DNA of 38,749 bases from Tubiluchus corallicola (lineage: Eukaryota > Animalia > Priapulida). The number at the start of each line of letters is the position of its first letter. Position 1 is the first letter of the stretch. Positions 1 to 13,589 of the stretch are shown here, piece after piece. Location of the stretch: contig JAQGDQ010001480.1 of the NCBI GenBank assembly GCA_030141605.1, positions 1 to 38,749 of the forward strand, written 5' to 3'. The position numbers were made by a program, and so were the translations under genes. The notes under the pieces were generated by a model that saw only the letters and a list, made by a program, of their open reading frames with translations, did no database searches and was not told the DNA's origin.

Positions 1-174
1 ACAAGGTAACTGATATTTTAAGTCCACTTACAGGTTCTCTATGCTCACAAAATTGCAATTTGTTCCTAGGGCCTAGGCGGCTCCCAACCCCCCGGCCTGT
101 TTCAGAGTTTTTTGCAATTTGTCATTCTCATCCCTGTTCATGGCAGCAATTTTTGTTAACTAAAACATGTTTAC

Positions 175-994
175 CTTGATACAGCAATCTCAGCCTTCTG
201 CTTGGCGACCTGAGAACCCCTGACCGCAGCTTGGACAGCGGAGTCTATCCTCTCCCGGAGTTTACTCTGTCTTAGAAGAAACAATTTGTTCTTCTTTCCT
301 GAAGCTATAAGCACATTGTTTTTATACTTCCCCTCCTCCTTCGTACCGTCCTTGAACGTAGTCACACCGTAGCCGTATTTTTTATTATTGTACCATTCAC
401 CTTCGTACTTCAAACCGTCGGAACGTTCCGAGATGCCGAATCCGGATCGCTTATCGTTCTTCCACTCGCCCGTGTAGGTTTCGGTAACGTTAGTTTCAGT
501 AATATCATCCTGGCTTACAAAACTCAAGTTACTGTCCATGTATTCGGTTGCACTAGTTAAACCCGATTGCGAAGAAGCCGTAGATATGCCACTAATTGCA
601 CTGTGGTTGCTACGTATAGATCCTGAAACGCTAGAGGCGCCACTGCGCTTGTTAATGTCTCCCGTACTCCTCTGCTTCTTTATGCGTAGTCCTTGCATTA
701 TGGAACGCTTAAGGGTGACCTTCTTTTGCTGAAAGATGGAGGCTTTTCTAGCGAAGGCCGAGGGTTCATCACTTCTTGCTTTGAGCACGAATCCGCCCCT
801 GGCTTCGTCTAGTTTCTTATCACGTTCGTGACCCAAGTCGTCCGTTTCACCTGAACGAAGCGATGACATGGACGCTCGCAAGTTGACTGCCGCTGCCGTC
901 TTGGGGCGGTAGTGGGACGCAAGACCGTACGGCACGCTTTGACGGACGCCGTATCCGTGACGCATACCGCGAAGCCACTGACCTTGATATGTAC
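175..994 (-). CDS. JPH: Junctophilin, coding exon 2 (MORN repeats, Ser-rich joining region, start of the alpha-helical region); gene continues beyond the left edge
   Basis: Translates as GTYQGQWLRGMRHGYGVRQSVPYG...ETYTGEWKNDKRSGFGISERSDGLKYEGEWYNNKKYGYGVTTFKDGTKEEGKYKNN...AKQKAEIAVSR, which I recognise as junctophilin. The acceptor tttctctttcag|G ends at 995 and the donor AG|gtaaa starts at 174. Phase 1 matches the upstream exon. Confidence 0.95.
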
Positions 995-1757
995 CTGAAA
1001 GAGAAAGCAGAATGAAAATGAAGCGTAGGCGAATTAAGACTTTATAGTCCCTGCATAGCGAGTTCCATGTGTATAAACTTTGCAGATTCGGTTCACACTT
1101 TCCAGATGATACGGTGATGATGTTAAGAAAATGATACGGTGCACAAAAATGATTAACAAAATCAGACCTTTAAGTATAAACGAATTTACATATTTAAAAA
1201 ATATTCACACACATTCCACAACTTTTTGACCCTTTAGGTTACCGTAAAATACAATTTACGACTGACTAGTTTCGTGCTACTAAATCACTGTACACACAGA
1301 CTAATTCATAATTACGTAAAGTCCAGGTAGAACAACTGAAGTTACGGAACTGATGCGCCAGACAGCTTTCCTTTACCCACATGTCCCGTGACGGTTGTAG
1401 TTAAGACGCGTTGCTGTGATACACTTAACCTTTGACCTATAGCAACTGCGCGTGCGCATAACGAAACTGTGAAAAGGCTTCTTATGCAATAACTTAACTG
1501 GTAGTTAAATGACTGGAGTGGTAGAATTATTAATGGAAAGTGTAATATCCAAGCACACAAGATATTTTCTCTGCTGAAAGTCCTAGGCATAATAAATTTA
1601 TCAAAACCATTCTTCATGAAGACTGCAGTTCGTCGTTTGTGTTAGTTCATGACTTCACACTATCCGGTTGTGGGCTAGAATACACGAACACAGTTCAATC
1701 TTCAACGTCGGTACAACTCGTTGTATCTTAAACGGTGTATCTGTATAATTATACAGA

Positions 1758-2231
1758 TACAACAGTGTTGCCTCACAAACGCACTGTACACAACAGTGTT
1801 GCCTCACAATTACGCTGTATACAACAGTGTTGCCTCACAAACACACTGTACACAATAGTGTCGCTCCACAAATGCGCTGTACACAACAGTGTTGCCTCAC
1901 AAACGCACTGTACACAACAGTGTTGCCCCACAAATGTGCTGTACACAACAGTGTTGCCTCATAAATGCACTGTACATAACAGTGTTGCCTCACAAATGCA
2001 CTGTACATAACAGTGTTGCCTCACAAATGCACTGTACACAGCAGTGTTGCCTCACAAATGCGCTGTACACAACAGTGTTGCCTCACAAATGCGCTGTACA
2101 CAACAGTGTGCCTCATAAATGCACTGTACATAACAGTGTTGCCTCACAAACACACTGTACATAACAGTGTTGCCTCACAAATGCGCTGTATACAACAGTG
2201 TTGCCTCACAAATGCGCTGTACACAGCAGTG
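1758..2231. repeat. 31-bp minisatellite (ACAACAGTGTTGCCTCACAAAYGCACTGTAC), ~15 copies
   Basis: Periodicity is directly visible and explains the repetitive ORFs in all three frames. Confidence 0.95.
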
Positions 2232-2344
2232 CTAGCAGAGGTTCATTAGCTGTGTAATTGCTTAAATGCATATGATATTACAGAAGTGTAGGCAGGGGCT
2301 ACACCCCTGGGAAAAACATGTCTGGTGCATAAAATGTTAGGATC

Positions 2345-3202
2345 ATCCATATATAGGTCCTCTGAAGTACTTATATTGTACATAACTGTGCATAGAGGTT
2401 AACCTTATATAGTTCCTCTAAAGTACTTATATAGTACATAACTGTGCATAGAGGTTAACCTTATATAGGTCCTCTAAAGTACTTATATAGTACATAACTG
2501 TGCATAGAGGCTTTCCTTATACAAGTCCTCTAAAGTACTTATATAGTACATAACTGTGCATAGAGGTTATCCATATACAGGTCCTCTAAAGTACTTATAT
2601 AGTACATAACTGTGCATAGAGGTTATCCTTACATAGGTCCTCTAAAGTACTTATATAGTACATAACTGTGCATAGAGGTTATCCATATATAGGTCCTCTG
2701 AAGTACTTATATAGTACATAACTGTGCATAGACGTGCATAGAGGTTGTCCTTACATAGGTCCTCTAAAGTACTTATATAGTACATAACTGTGCATAGAGG
2801 TTATCCATATATAGGTCCTCTAAAGTACTTATATAGTACATAACTGTGCATAGAGGTTATCCTTATATAGGTCCTCTAAAGTACTTATATAGTACATAAC
2901 TGTGCATAGAGGTTATCCTTATATAGGTCCTCTAAAGTACTTATGTAGTACATAACCGTGCATAGAGGTTATCCTTATATAGGTCCTCTAAAGTACTTAT
3001 GTAGTACTTAACTGTGCATAGAGGTTATCCTTACATAGGTCCTCTAAAGTACTTATATAGTACGTAACTGTGCATAGAGGTTAACCTTATATAGGTCCTC
3101 TAAAGTACTTATATAGTACATAACTGTGCATAGACGTGCATAGAGGTTATCCTTAGATAGGTTCTCTAACGTACTCTTATATAGTAAGTAACTGTGCATA
3201 GA
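2345..3202. repeat. 56-bp minisatellite (ATAGGTCCTCTAAAGTACTTATATAGTACATAACTGTGCATAGAGGTTATCCTTAT), ~15 copies
   Basis: Visible 56-bp period. Two copies carry an extra CGTGCATAGA duplication. Confidence 0.95.
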
Positions 3203-3833
3203 TTAAATACTAACAATTATTATCGTAAAATCAGTGTAACGTCTAACCTTTATTTTGTATTATTACTGTAGTTCAATATGTACTTTTAACCTTGTAACGT
3301 TATTATAAGTAAGTATTTGAATCATGATGTTTAAATCAATTGTTCTTTGCGATTATTTTATCTCTAGCTAAGAACTACAGTGAAGATTAACAGCTACTAA
3401 TGTCTAATAATATGACCTTGTAACACTCATTTCTTTCTAATAATATGCTTTTCTTTTAAATACAAAACAACCTTCAGTCTCATAACATTAAAATCTCACA
3501 TTTCTAGAGCAAACAAACTCGTGTCAGACGTGTTTTCGACAAACTATGGAAAGTAAGCCTGATTTCTGAGTACTTTGAGTACTTTTAAGTCAATGACAAG
3601 CTTACGTGCTATTCTGCCAATAATTACAAGATGAGAAGTTTAACATGCATCGTGCAAGCGGATCCCCAAACTCACTTGCCCTGACTAAGTTACAGCATGA
3701 GCTTCGGGAAGCCAGACGAAAATATCCCCCAAGCAATAACGGCGTGGGATCTACAGTCATTTCAGAGTAACTAATATGGAGGAGAGGAATGCAGTGAAGA
3801 TGGTACACATCTTTTTTACCATAATGGCAGTGC

Positions 3834-4580
3834 ACAAAAGTGTTACCTCACAAACTCACTATACACAGCAGTGTTACCTCAGAAACCCACTATACACAAC
3901 AGTGTTGCCTCACAAACTCACTATACACAACAGTGTTGTCTCACAAACGCACTATACACAACAGTGTTGCCTCACAAACTCACTATACACAACAGTGTTG
4001 CCTCACAAACTCACTATACACAACAGTGTTGCCTCACAAACGCACTATACACAACAGTGTTGCCTCACAAACTCACTATACACAACATTGTTGTCTCATA
4101 AATGCACTATACACATCAGTGTTGCCTCACAAACGCACTGTACACAACAGTGTTGCCTCACAAACTCACTATACACAGCAGTGTTGTCTCACAAACGCAC
4201 TATACACAGCAGTGTTACCTCACAAACGCATTACGCACAGTAGTGTTGCCTCACAAACTCACTATACACAACAGTGTTGCCTCATAAATGCACTGTACAC
4301 AACAGTGTTGTCTCACAAATGCACTATACACAACAGTGTTGCCTCACAAACTCACTATACACATCAGTGTTGCCTCACAAACTCACTATACACAACAGTG
4401 TTGTCTCACAAACTCACTATACACAACAGTATTGCCTCAAACGCACTATACACAATGGTGTTGCCTCACAAACGCACTATACACAACAATTTTGCCTCAC
4501 AAACGCACAATACAGAACAGTATTGCCTCAAACGCACTATACACAATGGTGTTGCCTCACAAAACATAATAGTGTTGCCG
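3834..4580. repeat. Second array of the 31-bp minisatellite family (CTATAC variant), ~24 copies
   Basis: Same unit as 1758-2231, mostly with ctatac in place of ctgtac. Confidence 0.95.
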
Positions 4581-4705
4581 CACGTTTACACAAATGACAG
4601 CACATCGCCACAAGCATAAATCTGCTTCAGTCATTTTACTAGGGTCGGATCAATTAATTAGGTTGAAAAACGTTTAATCTGTTTCATCTGCTGCCTGTTG
4701 CTAAG

Positions 4706-4919
4706 TGACAAGGGGCTTGGTGACAGACGGATTGTTGGTTTAACACTGCACATCTTAATTACCTATGTACATGAAATCCAGCTTGAAATATGCGTGACAC
4801 GAAAGTTCTGCTTGACAAGGGGCTTGGTGACAGACGGATTGTTGGTTTAACACTGTACATCTTAATTACCTATGTACATGAAACCCAGCTTGAAATACGT
4901 GTGACACGAAAGTTCTGCT
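4706..4919. repeat. 107-bp direct tandem duplication (2 copies)
   Basis: TGACAAGGGGCTTGGTGACAGACGG...GAAAGTTCTGCT starts at 4706 and again at 4813. Confidence 0.95.
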
Positions 4920-5059
4920 GGTTTTTTTATAATCGCATTTTTGGACTGGCAACACAAATTATGTGATTAAACGTAAAACTGCAACACATTAAGTGATAAC
5001 GGCATCTTAGAATTAGTTTTAGCATTTCAGACAATGTTGTTATACTTTTAAAGGTCTGC

Positions 5060-5772
5060 TAACATAACATAACATAACATAACATAACATAACATAACAT
5101 AACATAACATAACATAACATAACATAACATAACATAACATAACATAACATAACATAACATAACATAACATAACATAACATAACACAACATAACATAATAG
5201 TATAAGATAAGATAATATAACAATTAACGTAATGTAACGTAACGTAACGTGACACAACACGACATAAACATGACATCATGCAGCGATACGTCTCTCTAAT
5301 ACGCCATTTAACACAACAAACGTGACGTAACGTAACATAACATAACATAACATAACATAACATAACATAACATAACATAACATAACATAACATAACATAA
5401 CATAACATAGCATAGCATAACACAACATAACATAATAGTATAAGATAAGATAATATAACAATTAACGTAATGTAACGTAACGTAACGTGACACAACACGA
5501 CACAAACATGACATCATGCAGCGATACGTCTCTCTAATACGCCATTTAACACAACAAACGTGACGTAACGTAACATAACATAACATAACATAACATAATA
5601 ACATAACATAACATAACATAACATAACATAACATAACACAACATAACATAATAGTATAAGATAAGATAATATAACAACAAACGTAATGTAACGTAACGTG
5701 ACACAACACGACATAAACATGACATCATGCAGCGATACGTCTCTCTAATACGCCATTTAACACAACAAACGT
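5060..5772. repeat. (AACAT)n microsatellite nested in a three-copy higher-order repeat
   Basis: AACAT runs alternate with three copies of a cassette ending CATGCAGCGATACGTCTCTCTAATACGCCATTTAACACAACAAACGT. Confidence 0.95.
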
Positions 5773-6015
5773 TTTCAAACTGCATTTAAAATGTTCAAAA
5801 TTTGTGCTGTTCTTTTTCAAGCAACTGCTTCTCAGCGATTACTTTAGAAACTCAATCCTGGTTGTTATTGTCTTTGATTATCTTGGAAATCATGAATGGC
5901 TTCAATGTAAACACCCTCTGCAAGGTTGTAAAAGCATGAAGAACTGAATCACATGATTAACTAACAAGTGAAATCTTAATTACCGAATAACTTTAGTAGC
6001 TGTGAAATGTTTTTT

Positions 6016-6805
<790 letters not shown>

Positions 6806-7184
6806 AATTATTTTCCTTGTTGTTCCTGTATGAATATTTTCACAGTCACTAAACCATACAACGTTGTTTGTATTATTATTACAAACTTTCTCTGGAGGCC
6901 ACATTGGCTTCAAAAACTTGTTTCATGGAGTTTCCAAACTTTCGTTGTTCTTTTACCACTCCGTTCAAGTGGATTTTAAGAAAACATTAGCAGTTAACGT
7001 AGTAATGAAAGCTGTGTGTTTCTATAGCGTGTTGTAAAGCTGCCAATGCCACAAAATTTGGCTTTGCTGGTTTCGAACTCGGGACGTCAGCATGCAGAGG
7101 AGCGGCTATTCGGCCACAACTCGTCTGTACCAGCAAAGAAAAGTTGAAATAAGCCCAGCTTCGTTGTGCGCACGCGCAGTTGTT

Positions 7185-8032
7185 TTTACTTGTGTCTTTT
7201 TACCTGTGTCTTTGTACCTGTTTTTACCTGTGTCTTTTTAGCAGTCTTTTTTACCATTGTCTTTGTAGCTGTCTTTTTTACCTGTGACTTTTTTACCTGT
7301 GTCTTTGTAGCTGCATTTTTTACCTGTGAATTTTACCCCGTGACTTTTTCTGTGATTTTTTACCTGTGACTTTTTTACCTGTGTCATTTTTTACCTGTGG
7401 CTTTTTACCTGTGACTTTTTTACCTGTGACCTTTTTACCTGTGTCATTTTTTACCTGTGGCTTTTTTTACCTATGTCTTTTTTCACCTGTGACTTTTTTA
7501 CCTGTGTCTTTGTAGCTGTCTTTTTTACCAGTGACTTTTTTACCTGTGACTTTTTTACCTGTGTCTTTGTAGCTGTCTTTGTTACCTGTGACTTTTTTAC
7601 CTGTGTCTTTGTAGCTGTCTTTGTTACCTGTGACTTTTTTACCTGTGACTTTTTTACCTGTGTCATTTTTTTACCTGTGTCATTTTTTACCTGTGTCATT
7701 TTTTACCTGTGGCTTTTTTTACCTATGTCTTTTTTCACCTGTGACTTTTTTACCTGTGTCTTTGTAGCTGTCTTTGTTACCTGTGACTTTTTTACCTGTG
7801 TCTTTGTAGCTGTCTTTTTTACCAGTGAATTTTTTACCTGTGACTTTTTTACTTGTGGCCTTTTTTACCTGTGGTTTTTTTACCTGTGTTTTTTACCTGT
7901 GACATTTTTACCGGTGACTTTATAACATGTGACTTTATAACCTGTGACGTTTTACCGGTGACTTTATTACCGGTGACTTTATAACCTGTGACTTTTTACC
8001 GGTGACTTTATAACATGTGACTTTACTACCTG
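7185..8032. repeat. Degenerate ~15-17-bp minisatellite (TTTTTTACCTGTGAC-like)
   Basis: Recurrent TACCTGTG core with T runs of variable length. Confidence 0.9.
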
Positions 8033-8587
8033 GATTTCGCAAACACACTGTCAATACGACTGTTCTCCTCTCCTAACAATAATTATTTCTACTTTCACTG
8101 AGTGAATGCCTGTGTCCCTACAGAGTAAAACTAATGCTTGTCACTGATATGGCAAGAAACCATTAAGTAAATAAATACTCCACGGCGTATATGCGAAATT
8201 TCATTTATAAGTACATTTTCCCCACCGTTGTGTGCAGGGAATCGCAGCTTCTCGTGTTACTATGGAAACACGTACATGAGCTAGCATCTGCAGAAGCGAT
8301 TGATCAACAAGCTCCGTGGCAGCAGCAGCATCAGCAACAGCAGTAATAGTTAAACTTCATCAGGTTAAACAATGATATTACTTCGTGCTGGTGTGTGAGC
8401 AATTATGGATTCCCATGCTGACATGAATTCAGAGAAATTCTATCCCTGGGGAATTATCCTGTTAAGTTAAAGTTTAGCTCACGACTAAGAAGCAAGAAGC
8501 AAAGCAGCACAAACCCATTATGCTGTATCACTCTGGTTTATTTTCTTATTGTTTGACCCACAGCTAAGCTTCCCACAACACCTGGTA

Positions 8588-9254
8588 TTAAAGGAAAGGT
8601 CAACACTTTTAGGAAGTTAGGCTTGTCTGATTGTTCGCGAAAAATGTAGTAATAAATTTATAGTAATAAACCTGCGATAAGCGTCTCGTATTAAAGGACA
8701 AGTCAAGCCTTTTAGGAAGTTAGTTTTATTTCAACGTTAGCGAAAAATGTTAGAAGGAGTCAGTAATAAAACTGCAATAAGCGCCTCGTGTAATTAGTAA
8801 AATCACTTTAAAGTCACGATCACTTCATGCTTGGACGCTCCTATTTTCAATGCCCATTCTCCCACCAATGACGTCATTCGTCTTGAAGAAAAGCAGCGCA
8901 CTGTCAATCTTCAACAAAAGTATAATAAATTTTTACAAAAAGATTAGATACCTGATTTTGCAATATTTTTGCGTGAACATTAGGTAAGCTGCAGAAGTTT
9001 GAATTAGTTTAAGCCGCGCGTTCGCGGAAAGTCACGATGCGCTTACGAAAAGTCACGAAGTTTCCCAGTTACGTCATGATTTTCAAGTGAATGGCAGCAA
9101 CCATCACGCCTGAAAATTTCTATTCAGAGGTAGTATATTTTAAATTTATGCTTTATAGGCAGTTCTTTGCAAATTTCTTTGTTATATTTTTCTAAGTTTA
9201 AGTGAGAACAATAAAATGAACTCAACATACCGAGTGATTTGTTCTTTCCTTTAA
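8588..9254. mobile_element. Non-autonomous TTAA-site DNA transposon (Kolobok/T2-MITE-like): full copy at 8695-9250 plus an extra left end at 8592-8690
   Basis: TTAA|AGGACAAGTCAA at 8691, TTAA|AGGAAAGGTCAA at 8588 and TTGTTCTTTCCT|TTAA ending 9254 give an imperfect TIR with TTAA flanks. Related copies occur at 20360, 30665 and 35358. The superfamily is inferred from the termini only. Confidence 0.8.
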
Positions 9255-9484
9255 TCCTAATTATCGTATGACATCTTCTTTTCTTAGCTATAATAACAGA
9301 TTCCACTTGACACTTTCGCGAAGCGTTTTGGCGTCATTCAGTTCTCGAGACTGTTTGCATGGACTTGGCCCAGGTTGGACAGCATGCTTGGCCAAACCTC
9401 AGAAATGACAAAAGGCAATGCTTTAACGTACATGATTTAAGTGAGCTCATTCAGTCATTTTCAGAAAGCTAGAAATAAACTTGT

Positions 9485-10251
9485 AGAGGTCAGCACAAGT
9501 AATGGCGGCCATTAGATATAGAAATAGATTCCCACCAGAGGTCAGCACAAACAATAGCGGCCATTAGATCTAGAAGTAGATTCCCACCAGAGGTCAGCAA
9601 AGGCAGCCAAAAGGTCTAGAAGTGGATTCCCACCAGAGGTTAGTACAAACAATGGCAGCCATTAGATCCAGAAGTGGATTCCCACCAGAGGTCAGCACAA
9701 GCAATGGCGGCCATTAGATCCAGAAGTAGATTCCCACCAGAGGTCAGCACAAGCAATGGCGGCCATTAGATCCAGAAGAAGTGGATTCCCACCAGAGGTC
9801 AGCACAAGCAATGGCGGCCATTAGATCCAGAAGAAGTGGATTCCCACCAGAGGTCTGCACAAGCAATGGCAGCCATTAGATCCAGAAGTAGATTCCCACC
9901 AGAGGTCAGCACAAGCAATGGCAGCCATTAGATCCAGAAGTGGATTCCCACCAGAGGTCAGCACAAGCAATGGCGGCCATTAGATCCAGAAGAAGTGGAT
10001 TCCCACCAGAGGTCTGCACAAGCAATTGCAGCCATTAGATCCAGAAGTGGATTCCCACCAGAGGTCTGCACAAGCAATGGCAGCCATTAGATCCAGAAGT
10101 GGATTCCCACCAGAGGTCTGCACAAGCAATGGCAGCCATTAGATCCAGAAGTGGATTCCCACCAGAGGTCAGCACAAGCAATGGCGGCCATTAGATCCAG
10201 CAGAAATAGATTCCCACCAGAGGTCAGCACAAGCAATGGCGGCCATTAGAT
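9485..10251. repeat. 52-bp minisatellite (AGAGGTCAGCACAAGCAATGGCGGCCATTAGATCCAGAAGTGGATTCCCACC), ~15 copies
   Basis: 52-bp period, 55 bp in copies with an extra GAA. Confidence 0.95.
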
Positions 10252-10565
10252 CAAGTTGTGGAAATAAACTCATGTTAATAATCGTGCAAGCATTGTTCTG
10301 ATTACCTATGAAATGATAATGTTTTAATTATTATAAGAAAGTGCAATGTGATGATGATAAAGACATGATGGTAGTGATAATCATGATGATAATGGCGGCG
10401 ATGACGACAACGATAGTTTTGATCTCTATCGCAGATGGCTACAATTCGACAGGAGGAAGTTACAAACAGGAGGAAGCCTTTACTCATGGTGTTGGAGTTG
10501 GCAATCCAACTTATTCTCGGAGTTTCTAAAGCGTGAGTAAGACCTGACGCAGATGTTTTAGCCAC

Positions 10566-11176
10566 CAGGGGCGTACAAAGTGCTGTTAACGCCCCGGGGG
10601 GAAAAGACTTCTGGCGACCTACCCTTTTAATCATTTGTTTCCTGGGTGAAGTCACAAATTGTACGTATTTTTTGCACCTCTGAGCCCAACTTTACCTTTT
10701 TGACATGATCGGATAAACGAATTTTTTCTAAGCATCATCCTGAGTTTGATTTGTGGTACTGCAGCAGAGTAACTCTTTTCTATACATTAGTTGCTCATAA
10801 CATGACAGTCATTAAACATTCAGCTCCAGCATGAAAACATGCAAAGATTATGAAAGATACAGAACACTACAGGTTTTCATAATAATACAATCTGCATTTA
10901 GAGAAACGTCACTGTTTCTCCCAAAATTATCAATCTGCTAAGTCACATGACACTCTATACACGCCATTAAGTCACAACATTAGCACTTTTTTCTAGGCTG
11001 TATGTAGTAATTAAGTCAGCTACGATGATCTCTGACTAGGCCTCTTTGTTGAAGTTTGAAAACTTTTGTTAACTGCTAATGTTGGATTACTAATTGATAA
11101 TTAACAGTCATTGAACTGCAGAAGAATTTTGCGCCCTCTCACCTTTGCGCCCTGTCACCCCACCTGGATACGCCCG
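10566..11176. mobile_element. Possible degenerate MITE with CAGGGGCGTA...TACGCCC termini
   Basis: Short inverted termini (caggggcgtac at 10566, ggatacgcccg near 11166-11176). No target-site duplication could be confirmed. Confidence 0.35.
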
Positions 11177-11771
11177 TTCAACCATTTACTAACCTGCGTC
11201 TGGTGCATCAATTTTAAAAGTTGTTTTTTTAAACAGCATGAATAGCATAAGCAACACCATTACGTAAAGGAATGTTTAGAGAATCGAACATCGTAAATCT
11301 ATTATCTAAAGCGGTATAAAAATTCCAAAATATTTTCGAAATGTAAAATTACTAACAAGTCGAGCGCCAGCTGCTAGTTACGTGTTTATAAAACTAGAAA
11401 GAAAGACTTTAGTCAACTCGTTCAGGGGCTATTGTGATTTCGCATTGTGATTTCTGATTAGCAGGTAAAATTAAATCCATTCGTTTGGTCCAGTGTTCCG
11501 CGCATGCGCACTGTGCTTTCAATTCATGGCAGTTCGAGCTCATCGCAGCGCTTGGCTTAAAATAGGAAGGCTTCCTTTGGAAAGTGGGATTAGCTGCTTA
11601 TAAGTGCATCCAAGGTCCAGATAAAATTGGTCAGTTTTTTCTGACCAATTAGTCTTCCATATTTATTAACGATGTTGCTCACGTGTGTCGTCAGCGGAGT
11701 TTTGATCGAAGAAACTGCAATGCAGAGAGAAAACAGACTTCTCTAGTTTTACGGATAAGCTGACAATCTGG

Positions 11772-13519
11772 CTTCTAACTTATTAACTAGGAAGGCCTGA
11801 CTACTTACATCTCAAATTAGGCCTACGTAAGAATAAGTAGCCACTTCTAGCCTCTAACTTATTAACCCTAGAAGGACTGACATCTCAATTAGGCCTACTT
11901 TAGAATAAGTAGCCACTTCTAGCCTCTAACTTATTAACTCTAGCAGGTGTTACATCTCAATTAGGCCTACTTAAGAATAAGTAGCCACTTCTAGCCTCTA
12001 ACTTATTAACTCTAGCAGGTGTTACATCTCAATTAGGCCTACTTAAGAATAAGTAGCCACTTCTAGCCTCTAACTTATTAAACCTAACAGGTGTTACATC
12101 TCAATTAGGCCTACTTAAGAATAAGTAGTCACTTCTAGCCTCTAACTTATTAAACCTAACAGGTCTGACATCTCAATTAGGCCTACTTAAGAATAAGTAG
12201 CCACTTCTAGCCTCTAACTTATTAAACCTAACAGGTCTGACATCTCAATTAGGCCTACTTTAGAATAAGTAGTCACTTCTAGCTTCTAACTTATTAACTC
12301 TAGCAGGTATGACATCTCAATTAGGCCTACTTAAGAATAAGTAGCCACTTCTAGCCTCTAACTTATTAACCCTAGCAGGACTGACATCTCAATTAGGCCT
12401 ACTTAAGAATAAGTAGCCACTTCTAGCCTCTAACTTATTAACCCTAGCAGGACTGACATCTCAATTAGGCCTACTTAAGAATAAGTAGCCACTTCTAGCC
12501 TCTAACTTATTAAACCTAACAGGTCTGACATCTCAATTAGGCCTACTTAAGAATAAGTACCACCACAACACACCAAACCACAAAAAAGCCACTTCTAGCC
12601 TCTAACTTATTAAACCTAACAGGTCTGACATCTCAATTAGGCCTACTTTAGAATAAGTAGCCACTTCTAGCCCAACAACCAACAGGTCTGACATATCAAT
12701 TAGGCCTACTTTAGAATAAGTAGCCACTTCTAGCCTCTAACTTATTAAGCCTAGCAGGACTGACATCTCAATTAGGCCTACTTAAGAATAAGTAGCCACT
12801 TCTAGCCTCTAACTTATTAACCCTAACAGGACTGACATCTCAATTAGGCCTACTTAAGAATAAGTAGCCACTTCTAGCCTCTAACTTATTAAACCTAACA
12901 GGTCTGACATCTCAATTAGGCCTACTTAAGAATAAGTAGCCACTTCTAGCCTCTAACTTATTAACCCTAGCAGGACTGACATCTCAATTAGGCCTACTTA
13001 AGAATAAGTAGCCACTTCTAGCCTCTAACTTATTAAACCTAACAGGTCTGACATCTCAATTAGGCCTACTTAAGAATAAGTAGCCACTTCTAGCCTCTAA
13101 CTTATTAACCCTAGCAGGACTGACATCTCAATTAGGCCTACTTAAGAATAAGTAGCCACTTCTAGCAGGACTGACATCTCAATTAGGCCTACTTAAGAAT
13201 AAGTTGCCACTTCTAGCCTCTAACTTATTAAACCTAACAGGTCTGACATCTCAATTAGGCCTACTTTAGAATAAGTAGCCACTTCTAGCCTCTAACTTGT
13301 TAACTCTAACAGGTCTGACATATCAATTAGGCCTACTTTAGAATAAGTAGCCACTTCTAGCCTCTAACTTATTAAGCCTAGCAGGACTGACATCTCAATT
13401 AGGCCTACTTAAGAATAAGTAGCCACTTCTAGCCTCTAACTTATTAAGCCTAGCAGGACTGACATCTCAATTAGGCCTACTTAAGAATAAGTAGCCACTT
13501 CTAGCATCTAACTTATTAA
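11772..13519. repeat. 72-bp minisatellite (GACATCTCAATTAGGCCTACTTAAGAATAAGTAGCCACTTCTAGCCTCTAACTTATTAAACCTAACAGGTCT), ~24 copies
   Basis: Visible 72-bp period, with one ~50-bp shortened unit near 13155. Confidence 0.96.
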
Positions 13520-13589
13520 GTTGTTATGTGCATGACAACAGGTCTGCTCAAGAACGTGCTAGCAATTTATAATCTCTATCTACTCTGAA

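Noticed and set aside
1420-1480. Motif pair ACACTTAACCTTTGACCT...AACTGTGAAAAGGCTT, also present at ~30389-30448
   Set aside because: The similarity is real but too short to classify. It is probably a fragment of an old interspersed repeat.
7066-7086. tRNA B-box-like motif on the minus strand (similar ones at 21841-21860 and 23085-23110)
   Set aside because: I could not build a cloverleaf. At most these are decayed tRNA-derived SINE heads, and tRNAscan-SE would settle it.
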